Shown: positions 51,272 through 63,271 of the stretch, piece by piece
How positions within the stretch are numbered: the stretch's first letter is position 1
Layout of the letters: each line of letters opens with the position of its first letter
Source of the DNA: an uncultured delta proteobacterium
Lineage (GTDB): Bacteria; Myxococcota_A; Polyangia; Polyangiales; Polyangiaceae
DNA: 64,000 nucleotides
Assembly: GCA_963782055.1 (NCBI GenBank)
Contig: CAWAIF010000003.1
Coordinates: 5,024,001-5,088,000, forward strand
Reading direction: 5' to 3'
Position numbers and translations under genes: made by a program
Notes under the pieces: model-generated
Seen by the model: only the letters and a program-made list of their open reading frames with translations
The model's database searches: none
What the model was told of the DNA's origin: nothing

Positions 51272-52144
51272 GTGAACGGCACCGCCCACGGCCCGCGCGC
51301 CCGGCACGTCGCCACGATGACGCCGGCGTTCTCGCAGGACCCGATGCATCGCATCGACGCCCTGGGGGAGCACGGCCTGCGCGCGATGGTGGTGGGGATC
51401 CTGGTGGCGCTGGCCGTCCACGGCGTCGCGGCCATCCGCACGGCGTACATCCACGCCGAGCTCATCGCGTGGGTCCAGCAGCTCGCCGGCTCGCTCGACG
51501 GTGACCTGACGCAGACGATCGACATCGTGCCGGAGAAGGTGGACCCCCCTCCCCCGCCGCCGCCGGAGCAGAAGGACGACTCCCCGCCCCCGCCCCCGCC
51601 GCCGACCCCGGAGGCGAAGGACACGCCCCCGCCCCCGCCGGCCCCCGCGGAGGCCGGGAAGATCCTCGCGGCCAACCCCGACAATCAGGCGCCGCTCGAC
51701 CTCACCAACACCTTCGTGCAGGGCACCGGGGACAGCTACGCCGGCGGCGTGACGCAGGCGACCGGCACCAGCAAGGTGGCGGTGCACACGCAGGCGGTGA
51801 GCCCGCGCGGCGTGCCCGGTGGCCGCGGCCCGGTGCGACCGCAGCAGGCCGTCGCGGCCGCCAATCTCTCTCGCCCCATCCAGCTCGCCGGCTCCAGCGA
51901 GTGGCACTGCCCCTTCCCGCCGGAGGCCGACGCCGACCAGATCGACGAGGCCGCGGCCGTCGTGTCGGTCACGGTGGGGCCCAGCGGGCGCCCGCAGCGC
52001 GTCACCATTGTGCAGGATCCCGGGCACGGCTTCGGCCGCGAGGCCCGCGCCTGCGCCCTGCGCGAGTCCTACAGCCCCGCGCTCGACCGCGCCGGCAACG
52101 CCGTCGTCGCGGCCAAGAGCTTCCGCGTGCGCTTCGAGCGCTGA
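51272..52144 (+). CDS. tonB: TonB family energy transducer
   Basis: N-terminal TM with His, Pro-rich spacer, TonB_C-like domain. Confidence 0.8.
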   Translation: MNGTAHGPRARHVATMTPAFSQDPMHRIDALGEHGLRAMVVGILVALAVHGVAAIRTAYIHAELIAWVQQLAGSLDGDLTQTIDIVPEKVDPPPPPPPEQKDDSPPPPPPPTPEAKDTPPPPPAPAEAGKILAANPDNQAPLDLTNTFVQGTGDSYAGGVTQATGTSKVAVHTQAVSPRGVPGGRGPVRPQQAVAAANLSRPIQLAGSSEWHCPFPPEADADQIDEAAAVVSVTVGPSGRPQRVTIVQDPGHGFGREARACALRESYSPALDRAGNAVVAAKSFRVRFER

Positions 52145-52164
52145 ACCCCTTTCCACGGAGAGCC

Positions 52165-53112
<948 letters not shown>

Positions 53113-53117
53113 GCCCT

Positions 53118-53459
53118 TCAGTCGCCGGTCCAGACCATCGGGCCCTCGCACGGGCCCCACTCGCCGGTGTCCAGGCACGTCATGTAGCCCTTGGAGCAGT
53201 CGATGATGTCGCCTGCCCTGCGGTAGATGAGGCCGCAGTAGAGCTGATCGCCCGCGTCGGCGCAGGGGCAGCCCTCCTTGGGCGGGCTGCAGGGCGAGGG
53301 TGGGACGGGCGTGCCGGCGTCGTAGGGCTCGGAGACGCCGGCGTCCTTGTACGACTGCACGAGAGGCGGAGGCGCGGCATCGGAGCACGCGACCACCAGC
53401 GCACCGCTGGCAGCGGCGAGCAGCACCAATCCCATCGCCAGGCGCCCGACTCGCATCAT
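53118..53459 (-). CDS. Small Cys-rich lipoprotein
   Basis: LVVAC lipobox; EGCPC...C...C..G...C...WGPC. Confidence 0.65.
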   Translation of the reverse strand: MMRVGRLAMGLVLLAAASGALVVACSDAAPPPLVQSYKDAGVSEPYDAGTPVPPSPCSPPKEGCPCADAGDQLYCGLIYRRAGDIIDCSKGYMTCLDTGEWGPCEGPMVWTGD

Positions 53460-53601
53460 GACGAGAGTAGCGCCGAACCGCCGCGAGCGACAAGGAGCCC
53501 CCGGACCCGGATCTCCGCGGCCGCCGGAGAGCCCGACGCGCAGCGGAGGGCCCGCGTGGGGAGGAGGGCCCGTGCCGCCCCTCCCGGGACATCACATCCT
53601 C

Positions 53602-54369
53602 TCAGAACGCGACGCTCAGGCCGGCGCGCAGATCCTTCTCGCCGAGCGCGGAGGTGTCCACGTCCAGCGCCACCCGGCCGCCGAACAGGGCGAGCGCGAG
53701 CCCGGGGCCGATCTCGTACTTGTACGCGTCCGTCCCGAGGACCGACTCGCCCAGGTACGTCCAGAGCACCGGCCCACCGAAGACGCGCGCCGCGAGATAC
53801 GGCGTCAGCACCCCGCCGAGCGTCGTGCCGAGCACCGCGCCGAAGCGAAAGTCGGACGCGAAGTAGCTCGTGGCCTGGGCGTCGCCCGACTTCGACGTGG
53901 TGGCGTACACGGCGGAGAGGGTGAAGGTGGTGAGCAGGAAGGGCGCCGCCCAGCCGCGCCCCTGGAAGACGCGGTCGGAGAGGGAGACCGAGCCGATGAC
54001 GCCGGGGAGGAATGGCGACGTGCCCGTGGGCGTGTACAGGCCGCCGCCGACCAGCGCCCCCGCGCCGACCTGCAATGTCCATCGAGGGCCCAGCCGGTGC
54101 TCCCACGAGGCGACCACCACGTGCCGCTCCGTCTCCGCGCGCAGGTCGCCGGAGAAGAAGAGGATGCTGTGGGTGAAGCCGTAGCTCGCGCCGATGCGAT
54201 CGGCCGCGGCGATGCGCTTGGCGTCGATGGCCGCCGACGCGTCGCACACGCCCGCCGGTCCGCCGGCCGCGCCCACGCCACACGCGCGCGCCGGGCGCGC
54301 GAAGGCGGCCGCGCCCGCCGCGAAGGCGACGCACGCCGCGAGGCGCGCACCCCCGCGGCGCCGGCTCAC
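53602..54369 (-). CDS. Probable small outer-membrane beta-barrel
   Basis: Signal peptide, alternating beta-strands, terminal AGLSVAF; GTGA overlap with upstream gene. Confidence 0.6.
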   Translation of the reverse strand: MSRRRGGARLAACVAFAAGAAAFARPARACGVGAAGGPAGVCDASAAIDAKRIAAADRIGASYGFTHSILFFSGDLRAETERHVVVASWEHRLGPRWTLQVGAGALVGGGLYTPTGTSPFLPGVIGSVSLSDRVFQGRGWAAPFLLTTFTLSAVYATTSKSGDAQATSYFASDFRFGAVLGTTLGGVLTPYLAARVFGGPVLWTYLGESVLGTDAYKYEIGPGLALALFGGRVALDVDTSALGEKDLRAGLSVAF

Positions 54370-54758
54370 TTGCGGCGGCGGCGAGTGCGCCCGACGAGCA
54401 GGCCCGCCGCGACGAGCCCGAACATCCCGAGGCCCGCCGCAGGATCCGACGGCGCCGCGGAGCAGCCACCCCCCGAGTCGTCCCCCGAGCCGCCGCCGGC
54501 GTCGGGCTCGTCGGTGCCGGTGTCCGCGCGGACGGTGCTCACCCCGCTGTCGTCGGAGGTGCTGGCGTCGTCGCTCGCGTCCGGCGTCGCGGCCGCGTCC
54601 CCCGCGTCCCCCGCGTCCCCGGCGTCGTCGCCCGCGTCCAGCGCGGCGTCGTCGCCCGCGTCGGCCGGGCCGCCGTCCGCGGCGCGCGCGCTCGCCGTCC
54701 ATGCCGTGGCGGCGAGGACCATCGCCAGTACGTGTATTCTACAATCAAGCATCGTCAC
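54366..54758 (-). CDS. Small acidic low-complexity MYXO-CTERM protein
   Basis: Signal peptide, DAG repeats, GGGCS...TM...RRRRK; start uncertain. Confidence 0.65.
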   Translation of the reverse strand: MTMLDCRIHVLAMVLAATAWTASARAADGGPADAGDDAALDAGDDAGDAGDAGDAAATPDASDDASTSDDSGVSTVRADTGTDEPDAGGGSGDDSGGGCSAAPSDPAAGLGMFGLVAAGLLVGRTRRRRK

Positions 54759-54795
54759 CCACTGTTAGCACGCCGTGCTATGAGCCCCAAGCCGC

Positions 54796-55713
54796 ATGGA
54801 CCGGGCCCCCGAACGACGCGCCACCGCACGGGTGCTCCTCGCGGCGATGCTCTGGTCGACGGGCGGGCTCGGCGTCAAGAGCGTCACCGCGAGCCCGCTC
54901 TCCCTCGCCGGCTGGCGCAGCCTCTTCGCCGTGCCGGTGCTCCTCCTCGCGGCGGTGGTGGAGTCCCGGCGTCGGGGCCTCCGGCTCCTCGCGACGCTCC
55001 GGCGGCCGTACGTGTGGGGGGCGGCGGCGAGCTACGCGGTGATGGTCATCTGCTTCGTCGTCTCGGCCAAGCTGACGACCGCGGCCAACGCCATCCTGCT
55101 GCAGTACACCGGCCCCATCTACGTGGCGCTCTTCTCCTGGCCCCTGCTGCGCGAGCGCGTGCGGCCCGTCGACTGGGTCGCGACGGTGGGCTGCGTGCTC
55201 GGCATGGTGCTCTTCTTCCTCGACAAGGTCTCCGCCGAGGGACGCCTGGGGAACCTGGTCGCCATCCTCTCCGGGCTGGGCTTCGCCGGCGTGCCGCTGC
55301 TCATGCGGATGGAGCAGCGCGTCCAGGGGCCGGGGTGGAAGGGCGAGGCGGCCTCCCCCTTCGTCGCGATGGCGCTGGGCAACCTGATGGCGGTGGTCGT
55401 CTGCGGCCGGTCGATGCTCGGCGGGCCGATGCACGGCGCCGCCGCGTGGGTCATCGTCGTGCTGCTCGGCACGGTGCAGATGGGCGCCGCGTACTGGCTC
55501 TACGGCGCCGCGGTCGGCCGCCTGCCCGCCATCCGCTCCACGCTGCTCGCCACCATCGAGCCCATCCTCAACCCGGTGTGGGTCGTGCTCGTCAACGGCG
55601 AGAGGCCCTCGACCTACGCGATCGCCGGGGGCGCGGTCATCCTCGCGTCGGTGACCGCCTCGGCCCTGGCACGCGCCGAGCGCGCCGCGGGGGCCGAAAG
55701 CGCCGTGCGCTGA
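54796..55713 (+). CDS. EamA/DMT family transporter
   Basis: LWSTGG, TTAANAILLQYT.P, EPILNPVWV. Confidence 0.9.
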   Translation: MDRAPERRATARVLLAAMLWSTGGLGVKSVTASPLSLAGWRSLFAVPVLLLAAVVESRRRGLRLLATLRRPYVWGAAASYAVMVICFVVSAKLTTAANAILLQYTGPIYVALFSWPLLRERVRPVDWVATVGCVLGMVLFFLDKVSAEGRLGNLVAILSGLGFAGVPLLMRMEQRVQGPGWKGEAASPFVAMALGNLMAVVVCGRSMLGGPMHGAAAWVIVVLLGTVQMGAAYWLYGAAVGRLPAIRSTLLATIEPILNPVWVVLVNGERPSTYAIAGGAVILASVTASALARAERAAGAESAVR

Positions 55714-55770
55714 GCGGCATGCCGGTTCGGTTCGTGCGGGGCGCCGGACTCGACTACAATCATCGCCGCC

Positions 55771-57462
55771 ATGATGACCTTCAGCGACGACCCGACCCTC
55801 GCCGAGCAGCAGATGCACGCCATCATCTTTTACCTGACGACGTTCGGGTACATCGATGGTGACTTCGACGCCTCGGAGAAGGCGTTCGTGCGCGACTACA
55901 TCGGCAAGCTCGTCGCGGAGCGCGCGGACACCGCGATGCGCGGCGCCGACACGGCCATGAAGACGGACGTGGTGAAGAAGTTCACCACGCACTTCCACGA
56001 GGTGTTCGAGGGCATCGACCAGAGCGTCAAGGAGCTCTTCACCGAGTCGGTCGCCGACAGCGAGGACCCGACGGCCTTCGTGCACTCCAAGCTCAAGGTG
56101 CGCTGCTTCGAGATCTTCCAGGGCTTCGACCGCGCTGGCCAGGAGCAGCTCATGTCCACGATCGACGAGCTGATCATGGCCGACGGGCAGGTGCACCCGG
56201 CGGAGGCGCAGTTCCGCGCGGAGATCGCGCAGCTCCTCGACGCCGACACCGGCATCGAGCTGGAAGAGGACGAGAGCGACGCCGCCGTGGTGCAGGTGGA
56301 GAGCGCGCGGAGCCTGCCGCAGGTCGTGCAGAACCACCCCTTCTTCACGCCCACCGAGTTCCACTACTCGCGCGACCCGCAGCGCATCGCGCAGCAGATC
56401 TCGGCGGACCGCGCCCTGCTCGACCGGGTGGCGGAGCTCTGGGACGAGCAGCGCGCCAAGGGCAACGGCAAGCTCGCCGGGAAGAAGACGGTGGGCGATT
56501 TCGCCGGGCAGGAGTCCTTCCTGGACGGCCACGTCTACGTGGTGCCCGCGAAGCCGGACCACCAGTACGAGCTCACCGTCCTGGGCGATCTGCACGGCTG
56601 CTACAGCATCCTGAAGGCGACCCTCATGCAGTCGCGCTTCTTCGAGCGGGTGGACGCCTTCCGGCGCGACCCGAAGAACGCCCCGGAGCCGCGCCTCATC
56701 CTGCTCGGTGACTACATCGATCGCGGGCTCTTCTCTCTCAACGGCGTGCTGCGCGTGGTGCTCCAGCTCTTCGCCACCGCGCCGGAGTTCGTCTACGTCC
56801 TGCGCGGCAACCACGAGTACTACGTGGAGTTCAAGGGCAACATCTACGGCGGCGTGAAGCCGGCCGAGGCGATCAACTCGCTCAAGCCGCACCTGCCGGT
56901 GGACGTGTTCCGCCACTACCAGGCCACCTTCGAGAAGATGCCCAACATGCTCTTCTTCGATCGCGTGCTCTTCGTGCACGGCGGCATCCCGCGCGACCGG
57001 CTGCTCAAGGAGCGCTACAAGGACCTCTCCTCCCTCAACGACCCGGACATCCGCTTCCAGATGATGTGGAGCGATCCGAGCACCGCCGACGTCATCCCGG
57101 CGGACCTGCAGGAGAAGTCGGCGCGCTTCGCCTTCGGCAAGCTGCAGTTCAAGGCCTTCATGCAGCGCGTCGGCTGCCACACGATGGTGCGCGGCCACGA
57201 GAAGGTGAACGACGGCTTCCACACCGCCTACGACGACCCGCAGGCGCGCCTCTTCACCCTCTTCTCCGCCGGCGGCGGCGACAACGAGGACCTGCCGGTG
57301 GACTCCAGCTACCGGCAGGTGAAGCCGATGGCGCTGACGGTGAAGCACGGCCCGGACGGGACGACCTTCACGCCGTGGGTGCCCGACTACAAGAGCTACA
57401 ACGACCCCGAGCACAACGCGTTCTTCAAGGTGCCCCCGGAGATCGAGCACAAGAAGGAGTGA
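55771..57462 (+). CDS. TerB-like domain fused to a PPP-family Ser/Thr phosphatase
   Basis: IDGDF..SE and ADG.VHPAE (TerB-like); GDLHG, GDYIDRG, LRGNHE, HGG, WSDP, RGHE, TLFSA. Confidence 0.85.
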   Translation: MMTFSDDPTLAEQQMHAIIFYLTTFGYIDGDFDASEKAFVRDYIGKLVAERADTAMRGADTAMKTDVVKKFTTHFHEVFEGIDQSVKELFTESVADSEDPTAFVHSKLKVRCFEIFQGFDRAGQEQLMSTIDELIMADGQVHPAEAQFRAEIAQLLDADTGIELEEDESDAAVVQVESARSLPQVVQNHPFFTPTEFHYSRDPQRIAQQISADRALLDRVAELWDEQRAKGNGKLAGKKTVGDFAGQESFLDGHVYVVPAKPDHQYELTVLGDLHGCYSILKATLMQSRFFERVDAFRRDPKNAPEPRLILLGDYIDRGLFSLNGVLRVVLQLFATAPEFVYVLRGNHEYYVEFKGNIYGGVKPAEAINSLKPHLPVDVFRHYQATFEKMPNMLFFDRVLFVHGGIPRDRLLKERYKDLSSLNDPDIRFQMMWSDPSTADVIPADLQEKSARFAFGKLQFKAFMQRVGCHTMVRGHEKVNDGFHTAYDDPQARLFTLFSAGGGDNEDLPVDSSYRQVKPMALTVKHGPDGTTFTPWVPDYKSYNDPEHNAFFKVPPEIEHKKE

Positions 57463-57486
57463 GGCGCGAGGGCGAGGGATCCGCGA

Positions 57487-58194
57487 TCACGCGGTGCGGG
57501 GCCAGGTGATGCTCAGCACGATGCGGTGCGATCCGCGGAGCAGCTCCACGATCACGTGACCCGCGCGCTCCAGGTGCGCGGGGTCGAGGTCGAAGAAGGT
57601 GCCGTCGTCGAGGCGGAAGCCGTTGATGCCGACGACGATGTCGCCCGTCTCCAGGCCGCACGCCCGCAGCGGCGAGCCCGGCGTGAGACCGCGGATCTGG
57701 ATGCCGCTCACCCGCTCGCCGGAGTAGACGGGGACCGTCTCGGCGGGCAGCCCGCGGCCGCGCGACAGATCGTCCACCACGTCGGGGGAGAGCGCGACGC
57801 GAAGGATGGTGAGGTCGACGACCTCGGCGATGGCGTGCGCGCGCTTCAGCAGCACGACTGGGTCGTGGCCCGCGCGGTCATCCAGCAAGGCGAACGCCCC
57901 GGCGAGGTGGATGGCGGCGGGCGCCGGCGTGGCGGCGACGGGCAGCGCGGCGCGCGAAGGCGGCGCCTTCCCCACCGCGCGCTCCAGGACGCGCGGCTCG
58001 ATGTCGACGTGCCTCGCGAGCGAAGCGTGCGCCGTCGCGCCCACCGCTGCGGCCGCGCCCAGCAACGCCACCGCGCCCGCGGCCCGCAGCGACGAGCGCG
58101 CCGAGCCCTCCACGCGCGGCGGCGGACACGTGCCGGCGTCGACGCAGCGGACGGGAGGACCGGGGAAGGGCGGCAGGGGGCGATAGGGGTGCAT
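57487..58194 (-). CDS. Membrane protein with GspC-like PDZ domain
   Basis: TM helix; VP....GIQI.GL.PGS....GL..GDI...ING. Confidence 0.55.
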   Translation of the reverse strand: MHPYRPLPPFPGPPVRCVDAGTCPPPRVEGSARSSLRAAGAVALLGAAAAVGATAHASLARHVDIEPRVLERAVGKAPPSRAALPVAATPAPAAIHLAGAFALLDDRAGHDPVVLLKRAHAIAEVVDLTILRVALSPDVVDDLSRGRGLPAETVPVYSGERVSGIQIRGLTPGSPLRACGLETGDIVVGINGFRLDDGTFFDLDPAHLERAGHVIVELLRGSHRIVLSITWPRTA

Positions 58195-58369
58195 GCGAGC
58201 GACCTTTCAAGGTCGGTGCCAGCTCTCCCATCGTCGCAACTGCGCGATCTCTCGTGCGCGCGTCACACGGCCGGACGAAACGCTGGCAACGGCAGGGCCG
58301 AGCGTCGCCATAATGACAATTCGGTTTCGGGTGTACAGCCCACCGCGGCCGTGCTTGCTTGCGTCGCCC

Positions 58370-59605
58370 ATGGCCGAGGCGGCTGGCGCACCATCCTCCT
58401 CGCGGGCGTTCGCCTCGGCGGACTTCCGCAAGCTGCAGACCGCGCGCTTCACGTCGATCGTGGGCATCCAGGCGCAGGGCGTGGCGATCGCGTGGGAGGT
58501 CTTCTCGCGCACGCACCACGCGATCGATCTCGGCTACGTCGGGCTCGCGCAGTTCGTGCCGATCGCCGGGCTGTCGCTGATCGCCGGCCACGCGGCCGAC
58601 CGCCTCGACCGACGCCGCGTGCTCACGGCCGTGCACGCCGCGAGCGCCGTGCTCTCCCTGGTGCTCTTCGCCTACGTCCGGACCGGGCGCGCCGCGCTCT
58701 GGCCCATCTACGCCGTGCTCTTCTGCCTTGGCGTGGCGCGCGCCTTCGGTCAGCCGGCGGGCGCCGCGCTGCTGCCCGACGTCGTCCCGGCGGCGGCGTT
58801 CGAGAACGCCGTGGCGTGGAGCTCGTCACTCTGGCAAGTGGCCGCGATCGCCGGCCCGGCCCTCGGCGGGGTGCTCTTCACCGCCGTCGGCGGGCGCGCG
58901 GTGTACGTCATGTGCGCGGTCCTCTGCGCCATGGCCGGCGCCAGCGTCGCGCGCATCCGCAGCACGCCGGCGCGCATGTCCGGCCGCGGGGCCTCCGGCG
59001 AGGCGGTGCTCGCCGGCGTTCGCTACGTGTGGGCGCACCCCATCATCCTGGGGTCCATCTCTCTCGATCTGTTCGCGGTGCTCCTGGGGGGTGCGGTGGC
59101 GCTCCTGCCCATGTTCGCGGACCTCCTGCACGTCGGCGCGTGGGGCCTCGGGTTGCTGCGCAGCGCCCCGGGGCTGGGCGCTGCGGTCACCGGCGCGTGG
59201 ATGGCCGCGCGGCCGCTGCGCCGCCGCGCCGGCGCCTGGATGTACGCATGCGTCCTGGGCTTCGGCCTCGCCACCGTCGGCTTCGCGCTCAGCAACCAGT
59301 TCGCCCTCTCCATCATCCTGCTCTTCCTCTCCGGCGTGACGGACATGGTGAGCGTCGTCATCCGCCAGACGCTGCTTCAGGCGCGTACACCACCGGAGAT
59401 GCGCGGGCGCGTCTCGGCGGTGAACCTGGTGTTCGTGGGGGCGTCGAACGAGCTGGGCGAGTTCGAGTCGGGGGTGACCGGTCAATGGCTGGGACCGCGG
59501 CTCGCCGTGCTGGTCGGCGGGGTGGGCACGTGCCTGGTGGTCGGGGTCTGGGCGTTCCTCTTCCCCGAGCTGCGCAAGGTGGACAGGCTGATGGACGACG
59601 GGTGA
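58370..59605 (+). CDS. MFS transporter (MFS_3/EntS-like)
   Basis: ADRLDRRR, SLDLFAVLLGG, RGRVSAVN..F.GASNELGEFESG. Confidence 0.88.
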   Translation: MAEAAGAPSSSRAFASADFRKLQTARFTSIVGIQAQGVAIAWEVFSRTHHAIDLGYVGLAQFVPIAGLSLIAGHAADRLDRRRVLTAVHAASAVLSLVLFAYVRTGRAALWPIYAVLFCLGVARAFGQPAGAALLPDVVPAAAFENAVAWSSSLWQVAAIAGPALGGVLFTAVGGRAVYVMCAVLCAMAGASVARIRSTPARMSGRGASGEAVLAGVRYVWAHPIILGSISLDLFAVLLGGAVALLPMFADLLHVGAWGLGLLRSAPGLGAAVTGAWMAARPLRRRAGAWMYACVLGFGLATVGFALSNQFALSIILLFLSGVTDMVSVVIRQTLLQARTPPEMRGRVSAVNLVFVGASNELGEFESGVTGQWLGPRLAVLVGGVGTCLVVGVWAFLFPELRKVDRLMDDG

Positions 59606-59691
59606 GGTCGGACCGCCAGGCTACTTGCAGGGGCAGATCGACCGCCTCGAGCTGCCGCCGCGCGCCGTACCAGCGGAGACCTGGGGGACGG

Positions 59692-61536
59692 TCAGGGCTT
59701 GTGGCCGGCCGCGGCGGCGGCGTCCGGCGCGCGCCATACGAGGACCGCGTTGAGCAGCAGGATCAGGTCGGTGACGGTGCTCGCCACGAAGCACATGTCG
59801 CGGTCGACGACGGCGACGAAGAACCCCGCGAGCATGGCGATCGCTGCGGGCCACACCCCTCGAACGAGGGTGACCGAGATCATCCCGAGGATCGCGAACC
59901 ACAGGAACATGAGGGAGGCCCGCGTGTCGGCGACGGAGAGCCCCGCGACGTCGGCCCCGACGTGCGCGGCGACCTCCGCGACCATGGCGAACATGACGCT
60001 CGCCGCGAGCTGCCGGTTGAGCCGCGAGCTCCTCAGGTACGTCCAGTACGCGCGGAAGAGCACGCCACACACCAGCGCGTGGAGGACGCCCTGAAGCACG
60101 AAGTACCCATGGGTCTCGTGCGGCGTCCCGATGATGAAGATCTGGTCGAACACGCCGCTGGCGGCGAAGACGGCGAGGATGATCGCGGCGATCTGCATGC
60201 GGATGCGCCGTCCCGTGCCGGGGTCGAGCTCCGTCCCGAGCTGCCGGAGCGCCGCGACCTTCCGCTCGTCGGCGCGCACGAGCGACAGCGCCTCCACCAC
60301 GCGCTTCGCCAGCGCCTCGTCGGGCGCGGGGAGGTCGGCGAGGTGCATCTCGGCGGTGCGCGCGAGCCCGCGCGCGAGATCGTGCTCGATCATCGCGCGG
60401 GCGGCCCGCCCCAGCCCGGCCCGCGCGGCGGCGTTCTCCGGCCAGGCTTCGAGCGCGGCGCGGAACGCGAAGACGCACTCCCCGTAGAGCGCAGGCGCCT
60501 CGCTCCGCGCCGGGTCGTTCGGCGCGACCAGCGAGTCACGGCTCGTCAGCGCGTGCTCGAGATCGCGAACCTTCGCCTCCGCGTGCCCGGCGAGCGCCGC
60601 GGAGTCGCGATGGCGCAAGAAGGCGACGAGCGCGCGCCGGACCGCCTCCGCCGTCTGCGGTCGCTCCTCCGGCTCGCGGCTCATGCACGCGCGCGCCAGC
60701 GCCGCGAGCTCCTCCGGCGCGACGACCGGCATGGGCGGCGGACCCCGGAGCGCGCTCTCGATGACGCGTCGCACCTCGGCGTGCTGGTGCGGCGGCTTGC
60801 CGCTCAGGATCTCGTACAGGATGGCGCCGAGGAGGTACACGTCGGTGCGCGCGTCGAGCGTCCCTCCGAGCAGCATCTCCGGCGCCATGTAGGCGGGCGT
60901 CCCGACGATGCCGTCCTTCGCGTCGAACGTCTCGCCCGCCTGCGTCGCGATCCCCCAGTCGACGACGTAGACCTCGCCGAAGTTCCCCACCATCACGTTG
61001 TCCGGCTTGAGGTCGCGATGCACCACCCCGCGGCTGTGTGCGAAGTGCACCGCCTGGCAGACCTGCGCGAGCGTCTCGAGGTTCCACTCGAGCAGGTCGC
61101 TGGCGCCGAAGAGCCGCTCGACGCCCTCCTCGTCGTTCATCCGGTCCAGCCACGTCGTGCCCTCGATGCGCTTGAGCACGAGCTGCGGCAGCCCCTCGGC
61201 GTTCGTGACGAGGTCGTGGACGGGCACGATGTTCGGGTGCTCGAGCGCCCCCGTGAGCATCCCCTCCCGGACGAGTCGCTCGACGGCGTCGGCGTCGTGG
61301 CGGCGCACCGTCTTGACCGCGACCTTGCGGCCGAGCGAGCGCTGGGTCGCCAGGGCGACGATGCCCATCCCGCCCTCGCCGAGCGTGCCCTCGAGCTCGA
61401 GCCCGCTCTCGGCGCTGCGCGGGATGATCGACGCGGTGGTCTTCGGACGGAGCGTGGCCCGCATCGACGCCGTCGTTCCGACGCCCAACGTCACGAGGCT
61501 CGCCTCGATGGTGTCGAGCAGATCGCTGGAGGTCAC
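59692..61536 (-). CDS. Hanks-type Ser/Thr kinase with C-terminal multi-TM region
   Basis: GEGGMG, VAVK, HRDLKPDN, DWG, GTPAYMAPE. Confidence 0.9.
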   Translation of the reverse strand: MTSSDLLDTIEASLVTLGVGTTASMRATLRPKTTASIIPRSAESGLELEGTLGEGGMGIVALATQRSLGRKVAVKTVRRHDADAVERLVREGMLTGALEHPNIVPVHDLVTNAEGLPQLVLKRIEGTTWLDRMNDEEGVERLFGASDLLEWNLETLAQVCQAVHFAHSRGVVHRDLKPDNVMVGNFGEVYVVDWGIATQAGETFDAKDGIVGTPAYMAPEMLLGGTLDARTDVYLLGAILYEILSGKPPHQHAEVRRVIESALRGPPPMPVVAPEELAALARACMSREPEERPQTAEAVRRALVAFLRHRDSAALAGHAEAKVRDLEHALTSRDSLVAPNDPARSEAPALYGECVFAFRAALEAWPENAAARAGLGRAARAMIEHDLARGLARTAEMHLADLPAPDEALAKRVVEALSLVRADERKVAALRQLGTELDPGTGRRIRMQIAAIILAVFAASGVFDQIFIIGTPHETHGYFVLQGVLHALVCGVLFRAYWTYLRSSRLNRQLAASVMFAMVAEVAAHVGADVAGLSVADTRASLMFLWFAILGMISVTLVRGVWPAAIAMLAGFFVAVVDRDMCFVASTVTDLILLLNAVLVWRAPDAAAAAGHKP

Positions 61537-61589
61537 GCGCGATCACCTCACCACATGCGGGCGGGCGCGACAAGCCGTCCCGCCGCGCC

Positions 61590-62228
61590 TCACCTGGTGG
61601 GCAACCAGGGCACGGGCAACATCCGGTGCAGGATGAGGTTCACCTGCGTCGCCGTCAGGCGCAGCAGCTTGCGCAGGACGCTCATCTTCTCGTCGCCCTC
61701 TCCGAGGTCGACCTCGAAGGCGATGGTCTCGTCGCCTGTCCCCTTCTCCTCGGCGCCGGCCTCGCGCAGCGCCTTGACGACGTGCTCGTTGGCGGCGAGC
61801 ACCTCGCCACGGAAGCGATGGATGCCACGCTCGCGCGCGGCGCGCACGGCGGTGAGAGTGAGCAGGGTGCCGAGGCCCCGGTTCTGCATGTCGTCCACGA
61901 CCGTCACGGCGAGCTCGGCGACCTCGGGGTCGTCCTTGAACCGCACGAAGCGCACCACGCCCACGCCGCGCTCGCTCTTGAGGTCGAGCGACTCCACGAG
62001 CGCGACGAGCGCGAAGTGGTCGAAGCCATCGACGCAGGTGAGGTAATCCACCGTGCGATCGTCGAGGGTCGAGACCGGACCGAAGAAGCGCCGGTAGCGC
62101 GACTCCGGCGAGAGGGCGTCGAAGCCGCGCCGGAGCTCCGCCCCGTCCTCCGGGCGGATGCGCCGGAGCACCACGCGCGTGCCGTCGGGCAGCGTGTGCG
62201 TCTCGCGGAAGCTCGGCCCGAACTCCAC
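61590..62228 (-). CDS. GNAT acetyltransferase (Pat-type GNAT domain)
   Basis: LSPESRYRRFF, AELAVTV.D..Q.RGLG, VLAAN. Confidence 0.88.
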   Translation of the reverse strand: MEFGPSFRETHTLPDGTRVVLRRIRPEDGAELRRGFDALSPESRYRRFFGPVSTLDDRTVDYLTCVDGFDHFALVALVESLDLKSERGVGVVRFVRFKDDPEVAELAVTVVDDMQNRGLGTLLTLTAVRAARERGIHRFRGEVLAANEHVVKALREAGAEEKGTGDETIAFEVDLGEGDEKMSVLRKLLRLTATQVNLILHRMLPVPWLPTR

Positions 62229-62238
62229 TGCGACTCTC

Positions 62239-63198
<960 letters not shown>

Positions 63199-63271
63199 CT
63201 ACCACGCCCGCGCCCTCCCCTCCAGTCTGGTGCATCTTGACTGCGGGCCGCGGTGCGGCGACCGTTCGGTC

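Noticed and set aside
57526..62046. Very long alternative-frame ORFs (e.g. 1506 aa here, 1440 aa at 14765-19087, 1083 aa at 38881-42132)
   Set aside because: Arg/Ala/Gly-rich antisense or off-frame shadows of real genes in high-GC DNA, with no motifs
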